From contig CALSCP010001313.1 of assembly GCA_943704425.1 (NCBI GenBank), positions 1 to 64,000 of the forward strand: a DNA stretch of 64,000 nt, given 5' to 3'. The notes beneath the pieces were generated by a model. It saw only the letters and a list, made by a program, of their open reading frames with translations, had not been told where the DNA came from and did no database searches. The DNA is from Ministeria vibrans ATCC 50519 (Eukaryota; Protista; Filasterea). The position numbers and the translations under genes are program-made. This document shows positions 11,855 through 24,050 of the stretch, piece after piece. Positions within the stretch are counted from its first letter, which is position 1. Every line of letters starts with the position of its first letter.

Positions 11855-14226
11855 TCACAAAGCGGGGCGGTTGAACAGCTGGGGAGCGGACTTGCCGGCG
11901 TAGAATTCCAGAAGAGCGCGCGCCTTGCTCTCGACGTTGGAAGTTGAGAAACCAAAGTGGTCCATGACGGCGGAGCCCTTGCCACTGGCGCCAAAGGAGT
12001 GCATGGCAATCTGCGCATGGGAGTACTTCTCCCAGCCCATGGCAACGGCCGCCTCCACGGCAAGGGTGGGCACGCCATCGGCAAACACGCTTGTCTGGTA
12101 GTCGGCGGGCTGCTGATCAAACAGCTCCATGCAAGGCATCGACACGACACGCACGCGTACGTCGGCCATGTTCTTGGCTGCCTCGACACAAAGCGAAACC
12201 TCCGAGCCTGAAGCGACCAGCACAAGCTGCGGCTCGTCCGTTGTCGCCACGAGGGTGTAGGCGCCCTTGAAAACACCGTCGATGCTGGTACCGGCAAGGT
12301 GAGGCAGGTTTTGGCGCGAGAAGCAGAGCACGGAAGGCACGGAGGGGCTCTCGAGGGCGACGGCGTACGCGCCACTCACCTCGTTTCCGTCGCAGGGACG
12401 CAAGAGCAGCATGTTGGGCATAGCACGGACGAGAGCAAGCGACTCGATAGGCTGATGAGTGGGGCCGTCCTCGCCGAGGCCAATGGAGTCGTGGGTCATG
12501 ACGTAGAGCACACGGAAGCGCGACAGGGCCGACAAACGCATGGCACCCAGTGCATAGCCAATGAAGTTGAGGAAGGTGGCGCAGTAGGGTACAAAGGCAC
12601 CGTAGGCAGTGAGGCCGTTGCAGACGGCAGCCATGGCATGCTCACGTACCCCAAAGTGGAAGTAGCGGCCGTCGCGGGTGTTTGGCTGGAAGCTGTGCGA
12701 GCACTTGAGCCAGGTGAGCGTCGACGGGGTCAAGTCGGCACTGCCGCCGACGAGCTCGGGCATGCGTGGCGCAATCGCATTCAGCACGCCCTCCGACAGC
12801 TTGCGCGTCGCCATGGGTGCGTCCGACGGTGAGAACGTTGGCAGTGCCGCGCGCCAGTCGGACGGAAGTTCGCCTCGGAAGCGGCGTTCGAGCTCGGCAG
12901 CGTCGCTTGCATGCGCAGCCTTGTACCCTGCGAATTTGGTCTTCCACTCGTCGTGTGCCGCACGTCCTACACGTCCAAAGAAAGCACAATGAGTATATAA
13001 ATGTATTTGATTAATTGGAGAGAGAGAGGGGCAAGAAGAGCGGTTGGGTACCCTTTGCAGCGACCGTCTTGAAGGCAGCGGCGACCTCGTCGGGAATGGC
13101 AAAGGACGCACTCGCGTCCATGCCAAATTTGGTCTTGAGCTGCGCAATGTCGTCAGCCTTGAGTGGCGCACCGTGCACACCGGCGGTGTTCTCATTGAGC
13201 GACCCGTAGCCAATGATGGTCTTGACCGAGATGAACGAGGGGCGGTCCGTCACCGCCTTGGCCTCGTCGATGGCCGCGGCAATAGCCGCCAGGTCCGTGT
13301 TGCCATTGGCCACGGTGATCGTGTGCCAGCCGTAAGATGCATAGCGAGCAGCAACGTCCTCTGTAAAGCTCAGGTCGGTTGCACCGTCAATGGTAATCTT
13401 GTTGTCGTCGTACAGCACAATGAGACGCCCCAACTTGAGGTGGCCCGCCAGCGACGCCGCCTCCAGCGCCACGCCCTCCTGGTTGCAGCCATCGCCCATG
13501 ATCACAAACGTGTAGTTGTTAAACAGCTCAAAGCCGTCGCGATTGAAGGTCGCCGCAAGATGCTCTTGGGCACAGGCAAGACCAACAGCATTCGCAAAAC
13601 CTAAGTCACAAACAAACAAAGAGAAAAAAAAAAGAAGAAAAAAAAAAACGGAGCGCTCGTGTGAGATTTGTCGCATCTGGTTCGTATTGACATTCGATGG
13701 AGGAGACCTTGGCCAAGGGGACCGGTTGTCACCTCAACACCTGGGGTGTGGTGAACCTCGGGATGGCCCGGGGTGCTGCAGGAGAGGAGAGAGAAGGAAT
13801 GAAAGACAATTCGCTGGATGACTTTGGTTTTACCGGCTGCCAAGCTTGCGGAAGTTACGCAGGTCGTCGAGCGACAGGTCGTAGCCGGTGAGATGGAGCA
13901 TGGTGTACTGCAGGGCGCAGGCATGGCCATTCGACAAGACGAAACGGTCGCGATTCCACTGAAAGAAAAACGATCAATTTTATGCAACTGCAACACACAC
14001 ACACACACACACACACACATCTTGGGGTAGGGCACACTACAACACATACCCAGTGTGGGTCGGACGAGTCGTAGCGCATGGCGTGGGCCCAGAGGACGTA
14101 CGCCATGGGCGCACAGCCGATGGGCGCACCGGGATGGCCCGAGCTGGCCGCCGACGGCTGATCGGCCGAAAGGCAACGGATCGTGTCGACGCACTTGGCG
14201 CTCAACGCATCGAATTCAGTAGACAT
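11855..14226 (-). CDS. TKT: Transketolase
   Basis: [78 protein letters not shown]. Confidence 0.97.
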
Positions 14227-14554
14227 TTTTTGTTTCTTCTCGCGGGACATGCAGTAATAAAAATGAATAAAATGATTAATGATTAATGGATAATAATTTC
14301 GTTTCGAAAAAGGACAAAGCTGTATTGTCAATGGAAAGGTTTTGAACTTGGACTTCATGTCGAGTGGGAGTGGGGAGTCGAGTGGGAGTGGGGGGTCGTC
14401 GAGGGTAAAGTATCGTGCTGTTGCGACGATAACTCGTACTCCTACCACCACTGCTCCTGCCACCACCATGACGCTCCTGCGTGGCCCACCTCAAACTGCG
14501 GGATACCGTACTCTCATGGAGGATATTGACAACACCGCATCGCGCGCGCAGGAG

Positions 14555-14839
14555 AAGACTGGGGAGGACATGTCGTGATGTAAAGCCCAAGACAAGACTG
14601 GGGAGGACATGTCGTGATGTAAAGCCCAAGACAAGACTGGGGAGGACATGTCGTGATGTAAAGCCCAAGACAAGACTGGGGAGGACATGTCGTGNNNNNN
14701 NAAGCCCAAGACAAGACTGGGGAGGACATGTCGTGATGTAAAGCCCAAGACAAGACTGGGGAGGACATGTCGTGATGAAAAGCCCAAGACAAGACTGGGG
14801 AGGACATGTCGCTGGGGACTTGATGTAAAGCCCAAGACA
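14555..14839. repeat. 39-bp tandem repeat (AAGCCCAAGACAAGACTGGGGAGGACATGTCGTGATGTA)n spanning an N gap
   Basis: At least 6 near-identical units with no spacers; N run at 14695-14701. Confidence 0.95.
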
Positions 14840-15782
14840 ACGATGAACGATCAAAACGTGCACATAACGCAGGATCCCTTCACTTTTGAGCGTTTGAGCA
14901 CCTCTTCTCCATCGACATGTCGCGTGGTGCCCCGATGTTGGGTTACGATGCAATCTGTTGAAGTGAGAAAAAAAAAAAAAAAAAAAGACATGTGAGATGA
15001 CTTTTGTTCAGTATGAATCCTTAAAAAATGGCAGAAACACGGAGAACAGACATCCAGATGAGAAAACTCATCGTCGATATGGGCTCTATTTTGACCGCCA
15101 ATGATCACGGGAGAAGAGAACAAGGCGGCTTCGATAAGGCCGAGGAGGGGCAGATGGGAAGAGAGCACGTTTGTCGTCGGGAGAGCTCTTACCATGCGGG
15201 AAGGGACACGCCTGTCGGTCGCGCTGCACGTGGCGATTGCCCTCACCACACAGACGGTGCAGGGAGCGCACGAGACAGGCAGGAGGAGCAGCGAGAAAGA
15301 CAGATGAGCATTCGCGTCCGTCAACGTGCTATCTGCTCATCTGTGATCTGGATCAATGACACGGCGTCGATGATAACTGTACGGTGCGGAGGTCACACGC
15401 ACTGCGAGATCAAAGAAAGACTAAAAGATTAAAGAATAAAGAGAGTAAAAATAAAATAAATAAAATAAATATTTTTCGTCGTTCCCCCGGTCGTTTCATC
15501 ACCAAACATAACCGGGACCAGAACGAACCGTAAGCAGAATCGACGAAGTCGAGAGAGACAAACCCTTTTTTTTTGGATTGCCTCTTTTTCAAAAAAAAAA
15601 AAAAAACAAAGAAAAAACCCGACCCTACCGAAGGAAGGAGAGGGTTTAGACACGCGCTATGTTCCTCAATGTTCATCGGCTGATCTGTCTCTTGTTCTTT
15701 CGCTGATTAGCCCTTTTCAAAGCGATTTTCTCAGCGGCAAGCCCAACCTTTGGTCGACGAAACATTGAGAAAGTGACACAAA

Positions 15783-16708
15783 ATGGATCTGGAACACGTT
15801 GTGCCCACCGAGTCTACATTCACTGTGGACACCTTCCTCTCTTGGCTTGAATGCGACGACGCGAATCCAAGCCAGACGCGCTGTGCGCTCTCCAGCTCAC
15901 CAGCGTCCACTCTGAGCTGCGACTCGGACGATGAATTGGCCCTTGTCGATTTCATTCCCCTGAGTCCCTCCTCGTCTCTGGACGACCTCCACGACACCAT
16001 GGCCCTCGAGCAACACGCTGCGGCCCTGGCGGCCGCCGTGGGTGTCACCACACATTGCGACAACACCACTACCACCTCCAACTTCTCCGACATTTTGAAC
16101 TTGATCGACGCTCATACGCCTTCACCACACACCGAACCCGCAGCGACCCTCTTCTCGCCCATCTCCGAAGAGTACTTTCAGAGCGTTCTTGGCTCTATCA
16201 CCAGCGGCAGCGGCAGCGAAGATGACGACGACTACGACAATGCCTCCCCCAGCAGTGTGTCGGGTGCCCCAGTCAAACACAAGGGCCCTTCGTCCTTCTC
16301 AGTGCCGTCGCCCATCCGTCAGCGCGCGCGTCATCGCCAGCAGCGACAGAAGCAGCACTCTGTGTCGCTCGACAAGCCGTTTGTCTGCGAGCACCAAGGC
16401 TGTGATAAGCGCTACGGAAAGGTAAAGATGTTTGTGTGTTTATTACTTTACTTATACTCTTGTTAACATGGGTCTGTGTGCAGCGATCACACCTGATTGC
16501 GCACATGCGGTCACACACGGGGGAACAGCCGTACGCGTGTCCGTACGTGGGCTGTGGACTGCGCTTCATGCGCTCCGACCAGCTCACACGCCACCGTCGC
16601 GCCCACTCGGGCGCCCTTCCCTTCCAGTGCCTTCACTGCGACCGTCGCTTCTCCCGCGCCGACCACCGCTCTTCCCACATCTTCCATATCCACTCTAAGC
16701 GCGATTGA
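15783..16708 (+). CDS. KLF/Sp-like transcription factor with three C2H2 fingers (2 exons)
   Basis: [16 protein letters not shown]|[61 protein letters not shown]; acidic Ser-rich N-terminus. Confidence 0.9.
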
Positions 16709-16804
16709 TTGTCCGATTTTTGTTTCTTTTTTGTTTTGAGGAGAATCAACACGTAAATGAAAAGAAAATGATTATAATACTACATGAATTATAAACAAAG
16801 CAGA

Positions 16805-18983
16805 TCAGGAGGTAAAGGCAAAGGCCTGATCCCAACTGGATGCACTGCTGGCAATGGAGAGATCACGAGTGGGCACATGAAACGGCATGTTAGTTGCAAG
16901 GACTGTACCGTGTGCAGGGTAGGTGTCGGACGTGTGCTCAGGAGCGATTTCAGGCTTGTGCTCAGAAGCAACTTCAGGCTTGTGCTCCGGGACAATGTCT
17001 GCCGTGTGCGTAGGGTAGGTGTCTGGCTTGTGCTCAGAGGCAGTGTCTGGATTTTGCTCAGGGATAGTGTCTGCTGTGGGCTCAAGTGCAGTGTATGTCG
17101 TGTGCTCTGTCATACCCTCGCTTGGCTCACTTGGCCCTGTGATGGCACGCAAAGCTTCATCGAGAGCACGTCGGCGGGCTTCGGCAATGGCGTCAACACG
17201 ATAGATGTAGGGCTCGTTGGGATTGGCACACTCAGCCAGACACCCACACACATGGTCGTGGCAGCCTATGCCGTCGCGAAAGCACTCGCACGTCTCCGCA
17301 CGACACTCCATCCGCCGCCCCTTTGCATCACGTTCTTCCTTGCACGAACACCCGCACTCTAGTCGATCTCGTCGGAGGTGCTCCAGTTCCATTTCTAGAC
17401 GCGAAGATTGCACAGCACAACGTCTAATTGTTTAGAACAAAAAAATCGGCCTTGAATATGGCACGTACTCTCCCACTTGCGAGCTTCGTTGACGTTGGCC
17501 ACACTGCTAGGTTGTGTTGCAGAGACAGAGCGTCGCAGCAGACGCCGTCGAGCATCCTCAGACAACTACGTATGCACACAAAATGTCAAAAAAAAAAATA
17601 ACAAACAAATAAAGAGGAAACTGTGCAATCTATACGAACCTTGACGGGCTTTCCCGGACGGAGGTCTGTTTCGCGCTGATACTCGTCAATCGAGGCATAC
17701 ACATGACATGTCTTGGTGGTCCACTGACGCTGCCAGCCCAGCCCGAGGACACTCGCGCCCGCAGAAGGAACTCCAAGCGAGCCCTACCGCGCGTGTGGAT
17801 ACGCGAGATGGGTAGATAAATAGATAGATAGATAATATATAGATAGATAGATAGAGAGAGAGAGAGAAAGAGAGAAAGAGAGGGAGAGAGAATGAGAGAG
17901 GCAGAGGCAGAGACAGAGACAGAGACAGAGACAGGAAGGAGAAAAAAACAAAGTAATAGATAGAGAGAGAGTGAGTGTGAGAGTGTGTGTGTGTGAGTGA
18001 GTGTTCAAAGTGCTTCAAGTGCTTCGGGTGTGAAGTGTGTATGTATATATGTGTGTTATACCGATGGCTCACGAGGATAGAGTCGCTCTTCCACTTGCGA
18101 AAACGCAACGTGCTGAAGAAGAGCGTAAGCAAAATGAACATAAAAAAGACGAATGCTATGAGAGATACCTTCGAGGGGTGCTGCATGGCAGGTTCGCTTG
18201 AGCAGCGCAGGATAGAGGGAGGAGTAGCATTGGGGAGGGACGGGCTGGCAGCCGTGACCACGACCGTAGAAGCTGAGGATGCAAGAGAATCCTCGTCGGC
18301 GCTGGCGGTGGCTGTGGGCGGGGTCTCAGTGGGTGTCGGCAGAAGAAAATGAACATCACTGGTGATTTGAGTGCGACGGATAGCAGGCACAGCAGATGGA
18401 GCAGGAGCAAAAGGAGCAAAGGTATCCATGTGGACGTGAGAGGCAGGAGCGGACGGCGCAGGGGACGGTCGTGCACGCACAGCAGATGCCTTTTTGCGTG
18501 CCCGAGGAGGCGGACTGGAAGGTGGGCGGCGTACATGTACACGCGCTCGTGATGGCGCACGCACTGCCCTGCTGGGCTGATAGTCGCTGTCGTCAGCTGC
18601 AATCGCCACACTATTGTCACTCTGCTCCCCTTCCGACAATGTTCCGGACACCACATAGTCCGATGAGATCTACAAGGCGGAGGAAGTAAGTAACAAAAAT
18701 GAGAAGGAAAAAAAAAAGAGTAGGTGAGAGAGACACAAAAACACAAAAAAAGAAAAAGTATATAGGTAGGTTTTCAGTTGATACGTTTCGAGGTAGTCTG
18801 CGACGAGAGGGAGCGGCAGAACGAACTTGGTCAGGCACGACAAGGGCAGAAGATGATGAGGTAGTCGAATGCTAAGTAAGACAGACGGGCAGAGAATTAG
18901 AGACAGAAAGAAAGAAAGGCGGAAGTAAGAAACAAACAGAGAGGAAGGTGGATAAGCGACAGTGAAAAGAAAAAACAAAGTAG

Positions 18984-19076
<93 letters not shown>

Positions 19077-20871
19077 GGAGAAAGAAACGAAGTGATAGAG
19101 AGAGAAACAGAGAGAAACAAAGTGATAGAGAGAGAGAGAAAGAGAGAGAGAGAAAGAAAAGAGAAACAAAGTGATAGAGAGAGAAGGGAGTAAGAAACAA
19201 AGTGATAGAGAGAGAGAAAGAGAGAAAGAGAGAGAGAGAGTGTGTGTGTGTGTGTCTGTTTGTGTGAGGTGCATGATTAAAGCAATAAACAAGAGCGCTT
19301 ACGAGTCGTCTGGAGCGACCACTGGGCGGAAGAGAAATGTCGGTGACGGAGGGCTGAGATTCGGGCATGGGACGACGGGAGATGATCGAGTCGGGCTGGA
19401 GAGTGAAACGAGTGAGTGTAAAGAGACCTGGGTGAAATTGTTGCGTGCGTGGGAAAAGGGTACGTTGGTAGAACGGGGACGTCGAGTAGCGGGAAGCTGA
19501 GAAGCAAGGTGCTGCAAGTGATGAAGGAACAGTGAGACAATGAGAAGAAGACATAAATAGACGGGGAGGAGAGTCACATACCATGGAACGGGTGCGAGGC
19601 GACGGGGGCTCGGCAGACACCTACGGGAAAATAGGATGATCAACAACAACGGGTGGCAATGGTACATGCGTACTGTTGAACGACGGCGCGACGGCGGTGA
19701 GGAAGGCGGGGGCGACGGAGCAGTCTACAGAAATCGAAAAATAAATAGGGGAAAGAGAGTGAAAAATTTGGGAGTACGGGGACGAGCGAGCGAGAACGGG
19801 CGATGGGTGACAGAGGGCCGGGAGAGGCACGCGAACGGGAGCGTGTGACCGGAGACTGGGGCATGTTCATGGGGCGCTTGGCGTCACGTTCGGGCGACGC
19901 CGGTTCACTACAACTCATGCCGATCTATAGAGAACGGGAGCGTTTCAACATACACCGAGTTAGCAAAAGAAGAAAACACAACGATACCACATCGTTGGAA
20001 ACATTGACTTTCACAGGCAACACCTATTCAAGAGAGCACGAACAAAATCAATGGAACATGTAAAAAAAATTATGCCCAGAAAGATTACGTCCATGGGAAC
20101 GGGCGACTCGCTCCGCCTGGTGTCGACCCCTTCCATGGGCTCTGCAGTACTCGAAGATTCCTCTCGGGCCAGCCGCTCACGCTCATTCGCCATTTTCAGC
20201 TCAGCCTGTGTGAATAATGTGCAATGATGGGTGAAAGCCTGTTTGTTTCAAAATGTTGCGTGGTGAATGCAATACGTTGAATCTTCGCGTCCTGGGCGAC
20301 TGCGGCACCAGCTCGGAGCCCTACAGAATAATAGAGAGAATGTCGAGATTGTTTAAGCCATAGGGAAGGCAAAGGGCGCTTGAAAAGACGTACATGGCGT
20401 GGTCGTTTCGGGGGCGATGGGTCAGTCTGCATTGCATGGTCGACGCACAAACAATGCAAAGCGCAAACCGAAGTTGATGTACATACGGTCTACACGCTCT
20501 ACCAGTCTTACCTCCACCTCGGACACATTGACCGACAACATTGTGTGCCTATTTTCCTCCGGTAAAGCCCGTTTGGGCGACTACTCCGTACACAAGAACA
20601 AGAAAAAAAAAAAAAAAAGGAAAATTCAAACGCAAAGAGTAAGTCAAGTGGAGTGCCACAACGGACGACACAATGCTCGAGGCCGCCTCAAATGCATGCT
20701 TACATTGGATTGGTCAGCCGGCGGCGGGAAGGCGGGCCCAGGCAGCGGCTTGGGACAGGGCACGGCGTCTGAGCTGCGAAAGAGTGTCGTTCGTGTCGCG
20801 CCGACCTTGTTGCACCGCAACGGCACCACGGGCGACGTCAACGTGGGCGAGTCGAAAGCGAAGGGGTCCAT
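16805..20871 (-). CDS. CSRNP: Cysteine/serine-rich nuclear protein (CSRNP) family, ~16 exons
   Basis: HVAFSQVEERLYPREPS|GSLGVPSAGASVLGLG, RRRLLR, EKMELEHLRRDRLECGCSC..C.AETCEC...GIGC...CGC...CANP; upstream SP/R-rich exons join in frame, 5' exons less certain. Confidence 0.75.
18965..19255. repeat. (GA)n microsatellite plus ACAAAGTGATA(GA)n units, intronic
   Basis: Direct inspection. Confidence 0.9.
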
Positions 20872-21059
20872 TCGTACAGACCAACGGCGAAGGATCAATA
20901 ATAATTAATAGTTTAACAGTCAACTGAGTCAAGTCAGTGAAGTCACATCATTCGAACTGGCGATCATCTATCAAGTTATGTTATCGACTATGAGACCTGA
21001 GTCTCTGACTGACTGACTCTCACTTCTTTCTTTCCTTATTTTGCTACTTCTTTCAGCCA

Positions 21060-21398
21060 ATGTCGGAAGCGTGGCCCACCAACGTGCATCAGGAAGGGCG
21101 TCTTCTGGACGTGGTCACTGACGAGTGGCGACGCGAAAAACTCCCAAAGGACAGTACGACTTTTCAAACTCTAAATTGTCTCTCATTCCGCTTCTCTGTG
21201 CGGCTATTAGACATTGCGCTGAAGGAGGAGCACATTATTCCTGTTGCCGACGATAACATGGATGCGTCTCGTACGTAATCCTCTCAAATGGAACAACGCT
21301 TTGCGTTTCAAACGATTATTGTGTCTTTAGAACTTGAACCAGCGAAACAAGAGAAATTGTGGAAGGACTACCAGCTGAGTCTGCTTCTGCGACTGTAG
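21060..21398 (+). CDS. ANAPC13: Anaphase-promoting complex subunit 13 (3 exons)
   Basis: VHQEGRLLDVVTDEWRREKLP..IAL....KQEKLWKDYQL matches the Apc13 pattern. Confidence 0.8.
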
Positions 21399-21484
21399 CG
21401 TACGGCAGTGCGCCCTGTTCTATGTACAGTGTTTTGTATTTTCACAATCTCCTCATTCTGAGTCGGTCAGTCACACAATCCGCT

Positions 21485-23867
21485 TCATTTTTTATCCTTC
21501 TCAATGACAACGTATCGCACGAGCCCCTTGCCGCGCACCTCCTTGATTCGATGCAAATGACGCAGCACAGTGATCGCGGAACGCCCCGTCGAGTCCAGCC
21601 GTACTCCCACCGTCCGCAAGTTCTCCTCCACAACAAACAGGCATCCTACCAGGAGGGAGAAGCAACAAAGTGATAAGAGAGAGTTTAAGAGAGAGAGAGA
21701 GACAAAGTGATAGAGTGACAAAGTGATACAGTGACAAAGTGATACAGTGACAAAGTGATAGAGAGACAAAGTGATACAGTGACAAAGTGATACAGTGACA
21801 AAGTGATAGAGAGACAAAGTGATAACAGTGACAAAGTGATAGAGAGACAAAGTGATAGAGAGACAAAGTGATAGAGAGACAAAGTGATACAGTGACAAAG
21901 TGATACAGTGACAAAGTGATAGAGAGACAAAGTGATAGAGAGACAAAGTGATAGAGAGACAAAGTGATACAGTGACAAAGTGACAAAGTGATGAGAGACA
22001 AAGTGATAACAGTGACAAAGTGATAGAGAGACAAAGTGATAGAGAGACAAAGTGATAGAGAGACAAAGTGATACAGTGACAAAGTGATACAGTGACAAAG
22101 TGATAGAGAGACAAAGTGATAGAGAGACAAAGTGATAGAGAGACAAAGTGATACAGTGACAAAGTGACAAAGTGATGAGAGACAAAGTGATAACAGTGAC
22201 AAAGTGATGGGGAGAGTAGAGGAAAAGATCAAAGACGCCACGCTGGCATTGCATGTTGTGTATACCTCGGACTTCGTCGATTTCAGCATCTTTAAAGGCG
22301 CGATACTAATCATAATATTGAACAAAAAAAAACATCAAGACGGGGAAGGAAGAAGAATGAGTTGCAGTGTCCGGACCTTTTTCATTTTGGTTTCGCTCAT
22401 GTGTGCGCGTGGAGTGGTCAGGATCTTCTGTTTATCGACGAGGATCTCATGGACACGGTCAATGAGAGTGTTGACGACGTCGCGCTGCAAACGACCGCGA
22501 ATATACTGTGGTACTTGCGCAAACTGTGTGTTAAGAAAGTGAGAGTGAGAAGCAAAGAAAGGAATGTATATGTGTCAAACAAAGAGAAAGAGAGAATGGA
22601 GGGAGAAAAAAACAAAGCGATAGAGAGAGAGAGGAGGGAGAAAGAAACAAAGTGATAGAGAGAGAGAAAAGGAGAAAGAAACAAAGTGATAGAGAGAGAG
22701 AGAAAAGGAGAAAGAAACAAAGTGATAGAGAGAGAGAGAAAAGGAGAAAGAAACAAAGTGATAGAGAGAGAGAAAAGGAGAAAGAAACAAAGTGATAGAG
22801 AGAGAAAAGGAGAAAGAAACAAAGTGATAGAGAGAGAGAGAAAAGGAGAAAGAAACAAAGTGATAGAGAGAGAGAAAAGGAGAAAGAAACAATGAGATAG
22901 AGAGAAAGAACTTAATTACCTCATCTACGGTAACATAGTCCATTTTGACGATGGGTCGAGACACTGTGGGCCAATGAAATTATAGATCAGCAGAGCAACT
23001 GTTGTGTAGTTTGATGTCATGAGTACCTCCCAAGGCGACAGTGCGTTTGGCGCTCGTCGCCGACTTGGCCTGCTGCTTTCTTCGGCTTGAACCGTCTGTC
23101 GATGCACTAGAGGCGTCGTTGTCTTCTGTATTTTCGTCGGGGGTCTCTGTTGACGATACGCTGCTGTTGTTTGCCTGCGCGTCCTCCGCTGCCACCATTT
23201 CGTGTGCCTCCGCCAGCGACACCCCTGGTAATTGTGCAGGCAGATCAGGCTTCATAGCCGCTGCACGAACCCCCAGAGCCTCCATTTGCGCGGCGATTTG
23301 CTCCATTTCGGCGACAGCGCGCTCCTCAGCGTCGAGTGCGGCGCGCAGTGCTGACACACTCGCTTCGATGTCACTCATCTCGCTCGATACAGTCTCTACG
23401 GCCTCGGATAGTTCCGGAGACTCTGTAATAGGGGTGTTAGTATGCTTTAATATCATGCTTGCGCGTTCGCAAATCAGCTACAATGGCGAGGGGCGCCACA
23501 GCGAGGGCGGGGTTTTCAAAATTCGCAAACGAAAAAAGGAGATCGATTGACTCGAATTTCTAGATGAATTCCCTCAAAATATTGATGTAAAACGCTGGTA
23601 CGGGAAATAACGTTGATAAGAGTCTCAAATGAAGCAGACGAAATTCGTTGGAATGTTTCCAATATTGTTGGCGAGAGAGAGTGAGAATATTTGAAAAAAT
23701 AAAAAACGGCAATGGGATTAGAAGAAAGTTGGGGGAACACCGAGAGAACGAGGGACGCAAAGAATGGGTGAATGCGTGGGTGCGTGTTATGTACCTGCAT
23801 TCTCAACAAGAGAGAGAGTCTTGAGTTGTGAGATTCGCGAAGCAAGAGCGAAAACGATGTCGTCCAT
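21485..23867 (-). CDS. SKA1: Spindle and kinetochore-associated protein 1
   Basis: MDDIVFALASRISQLKTLSL coiled coil, LPAQLP, MDYVTVDE|FAQVPQYIRGRL, LFVVEENLR..VLRHLHRIKEVRGKGLVRYVV. Confidence 0.85.
21665..22208. repeat. Intronic 16-bp two-variant minisatellite array (ACAAAGTGATAGAGAG / ACAAAGTGATACAGTG) with a 184-bp higher-order period
   Basis: About 32 units in the last SKA1 intron; the variant ACAAAGTGATAACAGTG recurs at 21814, 21998 and 22182. Confidence 0.95.
22580..22910. repeat. Intronic minisatellite (AAAGGAGAAAGAAACAAAGTGATA(GA)n)
   Basis: About 8 copies in a SKA1 intron. Confidence 0.95.
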
Positions 23868-24050
23868 GATTTGACCAGGGTTGATATGGGTGATCAAGAA
23901 CAAAGACGGGGGGGATTGAACTTCAAAGTACAAAGTAAGTTCACCAAGTCTTAGATTACTCAATAAAATTTGTGAATTAGTGGAATGTGATGTTGCACGA
24001 TCATGGAACTATGGAAGTAATTGATAATTCACACACATTTTTTGTTGATC

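Noticed and set aside
14555-14839. 39-bp repeats as a CRISPR array
   Set aside because: Units are directly adjacent with no unique spacers, there are no cas genes, and the context is eukaryotic
21485-22325. Long ORFs of (SLYHFV/ITLSL)n peptides, also at 3699-4412, 18670-19620 and 22418-22964
   Set aside because: Stop-free translations of the intronic minisatellite; flanked by GT-AG sites of real genes
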